This document shows positions 53,795 through 64,000 of a stretch of 64,000 nucleotides of DNA, piece by piece. The translations under genes and the position numbers were made by a program. The stretch spans positions 53,196,001-53,260,000 of the forward strand of contig NC_043004.1 of NCBI RefSeq assembly GCF_006345805.1. Reading direction: 5' to 3'. The notes beneath the pieces are model-generated. The model had not been told where the DNA came from, made no database searches, and saw only the letters and a list, made by a program, of their open reading frames with translations. The stretch's first letter is position 1; the number at the start of each line of letters is the position of its first letter. This DNA is from Octopus sinensis (lineage: Eukaryota).

Positions 53795-53839
53795 TTACTT
53801 AACCGGTTTCACTCTTTGGAAAAAGATTCTCAAAAGTAA
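53795..53839 (-). ncRNA. hammerhead-like fold with U3-A8 core variant in the pLTR
   Basis: TTACTT-TTGAGAA-TCTTT(TTCC)AAAGA-GT-GAAA-CCGGTT-AAGTAA; same fold at 58353-58397. Two unpaired nt precede GAAA. Confidence 0.55.
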
Positions 53840-55138
53840 CATAGAATATTATGAATTCAAAAATGTTTTTTACATAATTGCCACATTGAATATTATGAAT
53901 TCAAAAAAGTTTTTTGTAATTTTGTAATTGTCAGATTACATGTATAAATATAGTGTTTGGTAACAGGGATATGTTAAGGGCATAAAGAAGTTCAACAGTG
54001 TGATGAGAATATTTGGAAAAATTGGCAGAAAAGAATAAAACAAATATATTATTGGAAATTTGGTTGCGTTAATTATTGGCTGTTGCAAATTGTCACATTA
54101 CATGTATATATATACAGTCTTTGGCAAAAAGGACATGTTAAAGACATAAGGAAGTGCAATAGTATGGTGAGAATATTTGAAAAATTGACAGAAAAAATTA
54201 AAATGAATATATTATACATCTCAGGGTCCGTACAGAATATTATGAATTGAAAGCGAGAGTTTGTTTTTACTGACCTGTTCGTTTTAGCAGAAATGTTGAA
54301 TTTAGAGAATTGTACCCGTTCTGTTCTGTTTATGGCTTCCCTTCAAGCATCAATGATTTTGGGGTTATCATGAGGTGAGTTTGTGTGTCTCTCTGCGTGT
54401 GTGTGAATAGATGTGTCTGTGTGCCCGTAGTATCTGGTCAGACGGCGTCTGTTTGTCACACACATACACACACACACACATAATACACAAATACACAACA
54501 CACACACAACACACACACATACAGAACACATACAGAACACACACATACACAACGCACACACATATATAATATACAAACACAGCACACAAATATAACATGT
54601 ATTTATATATAATACACACACACACACACAACACACCCACACACACAAACAACACACGCACACATACATACATAATATAAATATAACACCAATATACCTA
54701 GCACATATATACATACAATACACATACACAGCAAATATATAATAAACATACACAATATATACATACAATATACATACACAATACATACATATAATATATA
54801 TATATAGACAATGCATATACATATATACATATTTACATATAAATAGTGTTTACATACACATACATAAATATACCACATATACACACAATATACATACATA
54901 CAATGTATACATATATATACATGCAATGTATATACATGTATTCATGCATATATATAACACACCTACAATATACATATACACAATGCACATGCAAATAATG
55001 CACATATTTATACACACATATATATGCATATATATATATATATCACACACATACACACACATATATATATAAAATTCACACACACACACACAAACAATGT
55101 ACTCACATATACATACATACCATGCATACACACACACA

Positions 55139-55190
<52 letters not shown>

Positions 55191-55495
55191 AATACACATG
55201 TAAATACATACACACGCACACAATGCACACACACACACACAGTGCACACACACACACATATACACACGCGCGCACACACACACACACACAACGCGCACAC
55301 ACACACACTACACTCACACACATACATAACCTACATATATATAATGCATGCGTGTGCATGCCGCGTATGTGTGCGGTCGATGCCCGTTAGTGTGCCCTAT
55401 GTGTGCCGATGCGCGCATGTGTCCGCCTGCACGATATGCTGCGAGTGTGCGCGTGTCCCTGTGTGCTTGCTCTGGATGTGTGCCTAGGGGGTATG

Positions 55496-58240
55496 TTAGA
55501 GTATGTTTAGTTGTGGTCTGTATTTTTGAATAAGATTTCTTTCCCTATTTATTCGTGTTTGGTCTGTGGTGTTGTCCGAGCATTGGTATAGTGGGAAGAC
55601 TAAGAATTTGGGGTACTTATTGTGTGCACAAAGGTCTAAGTGTCCACGTAGTGGTATCTGTCTTGTGGAGGGGTCCCTCAGTTGTTGTCGGTGAACTGTC
55701 AATCTTTCTCTGAGGGTAAGGCTTGTTTGCCCTATGTAGTCATCGTGGCATCCTTCACACCTTATGACGTAGAGTAAATTTTTTGATGCGCACGTGAAAT
55801 TATTTTTATGATGAATGTGTGTCCCGAGTGGAATTTGTACGTCGATCCCTCAATGAGGTGGATGCAAGTCCTGCAGTTGGGGCGACCACATATTTTGATG
55901 GTGGGCGGTGGGTTTGTGTTGTGTATTTTGCGTTGGTGAGGAGGTTTTTTAGAGATTTAGGTTGTCTCTTATTTTTTATTATTTTATGAGCTGCCAGTAT
56001 TTTTTCAGGCGTGGGTCTTGATTTAGTTGTGGAATGTTGTTGTATATTATAGTGTAAGCTTCTGCATTCCTTGGGTTGTGTGTTGAGAGATAGGGGAGGC
56101 TATTTACTGTACTGTGGATGTGTTTGGGTTTTCGTAGGTCTTGAGTGTTGATTAATTTGGCCCGTTCTATTCCGTTGTCTACAAGTGATGCCGGGTAATG
56201 TCTTTCGAGAAGAATTGCCCTTAGTTCCCGGAGTCTTCTATTTCGTGTTGTGTCATTTGAGACAATAGTGCAGATTCTTCTCGCTAGGTTGAAAGGGATA
56301 TTTATCTTTGTGTGTTTTGGGTGATTGGAGGTGAATAGAAGGTATTGTTTAGAGTCAGTGGGTTTGTAATGAATGTCAGTTTCAATGTTGACGCCTTTTT
56401 TAATGATTAGAATGTCAAGAAAAGGGAGTTGGTCCTGACTATATTCCATTGTGAATTGAATGTTGTTATTTACACTGTTGATAAGGTTTTTGAAGTCTAT
56501 AAGTTGGTCGAGTGTGTGGGACCATAGGATGAGGCAATCATCTAAGTAGCGTTTCCAGTTCTCCAACAGGTATTTGTGAAAAGACTGGCCGTACTTATAT
56601 TTGGATTTTTCATAGAGACGTGATTCCAGGTAGGCCATCACCAGGTTTGCATAGGTAGGTGCAACTTTCGTACCCATTGCAGTTCCTGAAACCTGTCTGT
56701 ATGTGTTGTTGTGGAAATACATGAAGTTGTTTTGCAGAATAAATTTGAGGCCCTCAATTATGAATTCTTTTTTAATTCTTTCCGGGATCTCATTGGAATA
56801 TTTATCCAGCCAGAATTTAATGGCTTCCAGTCCATATTCATGTGGGATTGTGGTGTAAAGATTAATTACATCAAAGGAAACGATTAAAGTGTCTTTGTCG
56901 GTATGTTTGGGGAGATGATTTAATAGGTCCAGGTTATCTCTTACAATACTTCGAATGTGTTTCAGTATTGGCTTTAAGATGATATCTATAAAGTCTGTGT
57001 GTTTCATAACTTGGGCCTGCCACTATTGGTCTCAGTTTTAGATCAGTGGGATGTGGTAAGCTTCTGTGATAATTTGACTCTTGTGTATTTTTGGAAGCCC
57101 ATAGAGTGTGCTGGTTTTGCAATTAAAGATTGTAATGTAGTCGCATTCCTTTGCTGTTAAGTCATTCCGGTGTTGGTAAATGAGTGCTTTCAGTTTGGTC
57201 ATTGTTTTGGATTGCTGGTAGTCGACTACTCTTTCATAGTATGTGGTATCCTCTAAAAGGAGAGATACAGAGTTTTTATACTGCTCAGTATTCATAATAA
57301 CGACCGTACTACCCTTATCAGCTTCCTTTATTGTGACGTCATGATTGTCTCGTAGCGTATGGATGATTTCCCATTCTCTTTTACTGGTGTTGGGTTTGAG
57401 TTTAGGTTGTCGAAGTTCACCATAAGGGAAGTTTGAGATGTAATCGCAAAATTTGTCTAAGGCTTTGTTTTTGCCTTTTATGGGATTATAGCTGCTTTTG
57501 TTACGGACCATTGATTCGTCGTTATTATTATGGGTTGCTTGAAAGGTGTTCCTTTGTGAACTCTGTTTCATAATTGGCGAACCAGCTGTTTTTTTCCATT
57601 CGCTGGAGGGATGCTAGTTCTTCATCCTCGCAGTTTTTTCTCCAGAGTTTGGTGGTTTCATCAAGGAGTGCTCCATCACAGTGTTTTGAGATTTCAATCT
57701 GCATTTCATTGTCAAGGGTCTTGAATTTTTCATCACTGGCGTTGGCTCTGAGCCGCAAGAGTTCTACTTCCGTTTTGAATGTTTCGAAAGCTAGTTTCTC
57801 CCTGAGGTTTTTTTGGTTTTCTGATTCATTTTGGATGGGTTTTATTTGTAGTTTTCTGTGAAGGATGATAGGGGTGGAGCTGAGCCACTTTTCATAAATG
57901 TCAGCTTTGTTATTATTTTTTATGAAATTCCAGAAGGCAAACTTGCGCGCTTTGAGATTTTTACTCCAGGTGTTGTTAAGAGAGCTTTTAACTGAGAAGC
58001 AGTCTTTAGTTTGCTCCTGCTTTGGGAGCACTGCCGTCTCTGTGGATTTCATTAGTTTTTCAGTATTGGGATGATGTCAGGGGTTTGATTGGTTGTTTTG
58101 GTCTCCATGGGTCCATTTAGGTATAAGTGCGATTGTTCGACTTTGTTTATTATGGTTGAAAGTTTCGAGGTGATTTCTTGTAATTCTTTTAGGATATTTT
58201 GGTTCATTAAAGTTTCTGCTTGTTGTGATTTGGGTGGCAT
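55496..58240 (-). pseudogene. PLE polyprotein pseudogene (N-terminal domain, RT, GIY-YIG)
   Basis: Split ORFs 58052-58240, 57528-58052, 57038-57571, 55979-57007 and 55496-55702, with an internal deletion at ~57530. Confidence 0.9.
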
Positions 58241-58352
58241 TTTCGGGATTCGTGTAATGTTTATATATATAACAAAGTTGAGTTGTGGGGTATCGCACGA
58301 GTGGAATTATATACGAAAGAAGGTTTGAAAATGCAATTTAAAAGATGTTAAT

Positions 58353-58397
58353 TTACTTAACCGGTTTCACTCTTTGGAAAAAGATTCTCAAAAGTAA
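58353..58397 (-). ncRNA. hammerhead-like fold (U3-A8 variant), central pLTR
   Basis: Same sequence as 53795-53839. Confidence 0.55.
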
Positions 58398-58960
58398 CAT
58401 AGATTATTTTGAATTCAAAGAAGTTTTTTTTACATAATTGTCACATTACATGTATAAATATAGTGTTTGGTAACAGGGATATGTTAAGGGCATAAAGAAG
58501 TTCAACAGTGTGATGAGAATATTTGGAAAAATTGGCAGAAAAAAAATAAAACAAATATATTATTGGAAATTTGGTTGCGTTAATTATTGGTTGTTGCAAA
58601 TTGTCACATTACATGTATATATATACAGTATTTGGTAAAAAGGACATGTTAAAGACATAAGGAAGTGCAATAGTATGGTGAGAATATTTGAAAAATTGAC
58701 AGAAAAAATTAAAATGAATATATTATACATCTCAGGCTCCGTACAGAATATTATGAATTGAAGGCGAGAGTTTGTTTTTACTGACCTGTTCGTTTTAGCA
58801 GAAATGTTGAATTTAGAGAAATGTACCCGTTCTTTTCTGTTTATGGCTTCCCTTCAAGCATCAATGATTTGGGGGGTTATCACATACAGAAAAATACCGC
58901 AGATAGAAGAACCCCCAGGATTCCTTTTTTAGGCAAGGGCATCAGTTTCCACGACACCAG

Positions 58961-61225
58961 ATGGTAGATACCAACCCCGAAAAACCGAAAATAGTGAATC
59001 TATCTAACATAAACCTGTCGACACCACAAATAAAAATCCTTTCAAGAGGACTAAAATTCACCCCAACTCCGCAATACCCTAACCTGAGGGAAATACAGGA
59101 TGACATCTCACACTTTTGCAGAAAATTACGCCTCACAGAGGAATTTTTTGACAGGAAAACTAATAATGACGACGAATCAATGGTCCGTAACAAAAGCAGC
59201 TATAATCCCATAAAAGGCAAAAACAAAACCTTAGACAAATTTTGCGATTACATCTCAAACTTCCCTTATGGTGAACTCCCACAACCTAAACTCAAACCCA
59301 ACACCAGTAAAAGAGAATGGGAAATCATCCATACGCTACGGAGCAATCATGACGTCACAATAAAAGAAGCTGATAAGGGTAGTATGGTCGTTATTATGAA
59401 TACTGAGCAGTATAAAAACTCTGTATCTCTCCTTTTAGAGGATACCACATACTATGAAAGAGTAGTCGACTACCAGCAATCCAAAACAATGACCAAACTG
59501 AAGGCACTCATTTACCAACACCGGAATGACTTAACAGCAAAGGAATGCGACTACATTACTAACTTTAATTGCAAAACCAGCACACTCTATGGGCTTCCAA
59601 AAATACACAAGAGTCAAATTATCACAGAAGCTTGCAAAAAGTCCACTTCAACCTGCATCACTATACCACATCCCACTGATCTAAAACTGAGACCAATAGT
59701 GGCAGGCCCAAGTTGTGAAACACACAGACTTAGCAACTTTATAGATATCATCTTAAAGCCAATACTGAAACACATTCCAAGTATTGTAAGAGATGACCTG
59801 GACCTATTAAATCATCTCCCCAAATATACCGACAAAGACACTTTAATCGTTTCCTTTGATGTAATTAATCTTTACACCACAATCCCACATGAATATGGAC
59901 TGGAAGCCATTAAATTCTGGCTGGATAAATATCCCAATGAGATCCCGGAAAGAATTAAAAAAGAATTCATAATTGAGGGCCTCAAATTTATTCTGCAAAA
60001 CAACTTCATGTATTTCCACAACAACACATACAGTCAGGTTTCAGGAACTGCAATGGGTACGAAAGTTGCACCTACCTATGCAAACCTGGTGATGGCCTAC
60101 CTGGAATCACATATCTATGAAAAATCCAAATATAAGTACGACCAGTCTTTCCACAAATACCTGTTGGAGAACTGGAAACGCTACTTAGATGATTGCCTCA
60201 TCCTATGGTCCCACACACTCGACCAACTTATAGACTTCAAAAACCTTATCAACAGTGTAAATAACAACATTCAATTCACAATGGAATATAGTCAGGACCA
60301 GCTCCCTTTTCTTGACATTCTAATCATTAAAAAAGGCGTCAACATTGAAACTGACATTCATTACAAACCCACTGACTCTAAACAATACCTTCTATTCACC
60401 TCCAATCACCCAAAACACACAAAGATAAATATCCCTTTCAACCTAGCGAGAAGAATCTGCACTATTGTCTCAAATGACACAACACGAAATAGAAGACTCC
60501 GGGCAATTCTTCTCGAAAGACATTACCCGGCATCACTAGTAGACAGCGGAATAGAACGGGCCAAATTAATCAACACACAAGACCTACGAAAACCCAAACA
60601 CATCCACAGTACAGAAAATAGCCTCCCCTATCTCTCAACACACAACCCAAGGAATGCAGAAGCTTACACTATTATATATAACAACATTCCACAACTAAAT
60701 CAAGACCCACGCCTGAAAAAAATACTGGCAGCTCATAAAATAATAAAAAATAAGAGACAATCTAAATCCCTAAAAAACCTCCTCACCAACGCAAAATTAC
60801 ACAACACAAACCCACCGCCCACCATCAAAATATGTGGTCGCCCCAACTGCAGGACTTGCATCCACCTCATTGAGGAATCGACGTACAAGTTCCACCCGGG
60901 ACACACATTCATCATAAAAAATAATTTCACGTGCGCATCAAAAAATTTACTCTACGTCATAAGGTGTGAAGGATGCCACGATGACTACTTTGGGCAAACG
61001 AGCCTTACTCTCAGAGAAAGAATGACAGTTCACCGACAACAACTGAGGGACCCCTCCACAAGACAGATACCACTAAGTGGACACTTAGACCTTTGTGCAC
61101 ACAATAAGTCCCCCAAATTCTTAGTCTTCCCACTATACCAATGCTCGGACAACACAGGCCAAACACGAATAAATAGGGAAAGTAATCTTATACAAAAATA
61201 CAGACCACAACTAAACATACCCTAA
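58961..61225 (+). CDS. Penelope-like reverse transcriptase + GIY-YIG endonuclease (754 aa, probably N-truncated)
   Basis: KEADKG, YGLPKIHK, LRPIVAG, SFDVINLYTTIP, GTAMGTKVAPTYANL, RYLDD, FLDI; then CxxxxCxxC and LLYVIRCEGC..YFGQT..H..H zinc/GIY-YIG motifs. Confidence 0.95.
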   Translation: MVDTNPEKPKIVNLSNINLSTPQIKILSRGLKFTPTPQYPNLREIQDDISHFCRKLRLTEEFFDRKTNNDDESMVRNKSSYNPIKGKNKTLDKFCDYISNFPYGELPQPKLKPNTSKREWEIIHTLRSNHDVTIKEADKGSMVVIMNTEQYKNSVSLLLEDTTYYERVVDYQQSKTMTKLKALIYQHRNDLTAKECDYITNFNCKTSTLYGLPKIHKSQIITEACKKSTSTCITIPHPTDLKLRPIVAGPSCETHRLSNFIDIILKPILKHIPSIVRDDLDLLNHLPKYTDKDTLIVSFDVINLYTTIPHEYGLEAIKFWLDKYPNEIPERIKKEFIIEGLKFILQNNFMYFHNNTYSQVSGTAMGTKVAPTYANLVMAYLESHIYEKSKYKYDQSFHKYLLENWKRYLDDCLILWSHTLDQLIDFKNLINSVNNNIQFTMEYSQDQLPFLDILIIKKGVNIETDIHYKPTDSKQYLLFTSNHPKHTKINIPFNLARRICTIVSNDTTRNRRLRAILLERHYPASLVDSGIERAKLINTQDLRKPKHIHSTENSLPYLSTHNPRNAEAYTIIYNNIPQLNQDPRLKKILAAHKIIKNKRQSKSLKNLLTNAKLHNTNPPPTIKICGRPNCRTCIHLIEESTYKFHPGHTFIIKNNFTCASKNLLYVIRCEGCHDDYFGQTSLTLRERMTVHRQQLRDPSTRQIPLSGHLDLCAHNKSPKFLVFPLYQCSDNTGQTRINRESNLIQKYRPQLNIP

Positions 61226-61412
61226 TATACCCCCTAGGCGCACATCCAGAGCAAGCACACAGGGACACGCGCACACTCGCAGCATATCGTGCGGGCGGAC
61301 ACATGCGCGCATCGGCACACATAGGGCACACTAGCGGGTATTGACCGCACACATACGCGGCACGCACACGCATGCATTATATATATGTAGGTTATGTAGG
61401 TGTGTGAGTGTA

Positions 61413-61446
<34 letters not shown>

Positions 61447-61711
61447 TGTGTGTGTGTGTGTGCGTGCGTGTGTATATATGTGTGTGTGTGTGTGCATTGT
61501 GTGCGTGTGTATGTATTTACATGTGTATTTGTTTTATATATATATATATGTGTGTGTGTTGTGTGTGTGTATGCATGGTAAGTGTGTATATGTGAGTACA
61601 TTGTTTGTGTGTGTGTGCGGTATGTAGAGATATATATGTGTGTGTACGCTATAGTTATATATTTTGTGTGTGTGTGTGAATTTTATATATATATGTGTGT
61701 GTATGTGTGTG

Positions 61712-61767
<56 letters not shown>

Positions 61768-62560
61768 TATATATGTGTGTATAAATATGTGCATTATTTG
61801 CATATGCATTGTGTATATGTATATTGTATGTATGTGTATTGTATATGTATGTGTAAAATTATGTGTACATGTGTGTGTATGTGTGCATTGTATATATGTA
61901 TATTGTAGGTGTGTTATATATGCATGAATACATGTATATACATTGCATGTATATATATGTATGCCTTGTGTATGTGTATGTTATGTGTGTGTGTATTATA
62001 TATGTTATATGTATGCGTACGTGTATATGTATACATTGTATGTATGTATATTGTGTGTAAATGTGGTATATTTATGTATGTGTATGTAAACACTATATAT
62101 ATGTAAATATGTATATATGTATATGCATTGTCTATATATATATTATATGTATGTATTGTGTATGTATATTGTATGTATATATTGTGTATGTGTATTATAT
62201 ATATGCTGTGTATGTGTATTGTATGTATTTATGTGCTAGGTGCATTTGTGTTATATTTACATTATGTATGTATGTGTGCGTGTGTTGTGTGTGTGGGTGT
62301 GTTGTGTGTGTGTGTGTTATATATGTGTGTGTATTATATATAAATACATGTTATATTTGTGTGCTGTGTGTGTATATTATATATGTGTGTGCGTTGTGTA
62401 TGTGTGTGTTCTGTATGTGTGTGTTGTGTGTGTGTTTTGTGTGTTTGTATATTATGTGTGTGTGTGTATGTGTGTGACAAACAGACGCCGTCTGACCAGA
62501 TGCTACGGGCACACAGACACATCTATTCACACACACGCAGAGAGACACACATACTCACCT
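61226..62560 (+). repeat. CA/TG/TA low-complexity mosaic forming the PLE 3' region (mirror at ~54370-55495, partial re-copy at 63215-64000)
   Basis: The same irregular repeat order is found in all three places. Confidence 0.85.
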
Positions 62561-63246
62561 CATGATAACCCCAAAATCATTGAGGCTTGAAGGGAAGCCA
62601 TAAACAGAACAGAACGGTTACATTTCTCTCAATTCAACATTTCTGCTAAAACGAACAGGTCAGTAAAAACAAACTCTCGCCTTCAATTCATAATATTCTG
62701 TACGGACCCTGAGATGTATAATATATTCATTTTAATTTTTTCTGTCAATTTTTCAAATACTCTCACCATACTATTGCACTTCCTTATGTCTTTAACATGT
62801 CCTTTTTACCAAATACTGTATATATATACATGTAATGTGACAATTTGCAACAACCAATAATTAACGCAACCAAATTTCCAATAATATATTTGTTTTATTC
62901 TTTTCTGCCAATTTTTCCAAATATTCTCATCACACTGTTGAACTTCTTTATGCCCTTAACATATCCCTGTTACCAAACACTATATTTATACATGTAATGT
63001 GACAATTATGTAAAAAACTTCTTTGAATTCATAATATTCAATGTGGCAATTATGTAAAAAAACGTTTTTGAATTCATAATATTCTGTTACTTTTGAGTGA
63101 AACCGGTTAAGAGTGAAACCGGTTAAGTAAATAAACATCTTTTAAATTGCATTTTCAAACCTTCTTTCGTATATAATTCCACTCGTGCGATACCCCTCAA
63201 CTCAACTTTGTTATATATATATATATATATATATATACGTTGATAT

Positions 63247-63292
<46 letters not shown>

Positions 63293-64000
63293 ATGCATAT
63301 ATATGTGTGTATAAATATGTGCATTATTTGCATATGCATTGTGTATATGTATATTGTATGTATGTGTATTGTATATGTATGTGTAAAATTATGTGTACAT
63401 GTGTGTGTATGTGTGCATTGTATATATGTATATTGTAGGTGTGTTATATATGCATGAATACATGTATATACATTGCATGTATATATATGTATGCCTTGTG
63501 TATGTGTATGTTATGTGTGTGTGTAATATATATGTTATATGTATGCGTACGTGTATATGTATACATTGTATGTATGTATATTGTGTGTAATGTGGTATAT
63601 TTATGTATGTGTATGTAACACTATATATATGTAAATATGTATATATGTATATGCATTGTCTATATATATATATATAATATATATATATATGTGTGTGTAT
63701 GTGTGCATTGTATATATGTATATTGTATGTATGTGTATTGTATATGTATGTGTAAAATTATGTGTACATGTGTGTGTATGTGTGCATTGTATATATGTAT
63801 ATGCATTGTCTATATATATATTATATATATATATGTGTGTGCGTTGTGTTGTGTGTGTGGTGTGTTGTGGTGTGTGTGTGTTATATATGTGTGTGTATTA
63901 TATATAAATACATGTTATATTTGTGTGCTGTGTGTGTATATTATATATGTGTGTGCGTTGTGTATGTGTGTGTTCTGTATGTGTGTGTTGTGTGTGTGTT

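Larger units (their letters stand above)
53753..58882 (-). mobile_element. Neptune-type Penelope-like element, copy A, with two direct pseudo-LTRs
   Basis: The ~570-620 bp repeats at 53753-54370 and 58311-58882 share orientation; 3' end abuts (TA)n; broken RT/GIY-YIG frame between them. Confidence 0.9.
58883..63215 (+). mobile_element. Neptune-type Penelope-like element, copy B (5'-truncated), with 3' pLTR and short tail
   Basis: Inverted near-identical counterpart of copy A. pLTR ~62560-63172 is followed by ~45 bp matching 58261-58310, then (TA)n. Confidence 0.9.

Overview
AT-rich, microsatellite-saturated eukaryotic genomic DNA. The repeat complement looks like an octopus or other coleoid cephalopod (inference from SINE content and composition). 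It is mostly transposon debris: two Chapaev3-type DNA transposons with TWA target duplications, mariner/Tc1 relics, five R4/Dong-like RLE retrotransposon fragments in or against (TAA)n tracts, Helentron-like non-autonomous elements and tRNA-derived SINEs. A ~9.5 kb head-to-head doublet of Neptune-type Penelope-like elements (PLEs) includes the only long intact ORF (58961-61225, RT + GIY-YIG). The most notable signal is a set of type I hammerhead ribozyme folds in four unrelated repeat families. One is a canonical hammerhead inside a non-coding element with a 487-bp unit, terminal redundancy and a 5' inversion (35115-35800), consistent with a retrozyme copied from a circular or multimeric RNA. 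Another is a tRNA-like cassette followed by a hammerhead in a PLE 3' repeat. There is also a candidate host-gene chain of micro-exons at 7.1-9.9 kb, a 1.5-kb spacerless palindrome (possible assembly artefact) and a 100-N gap. All calls are by eye; no searches or folding programs were run.
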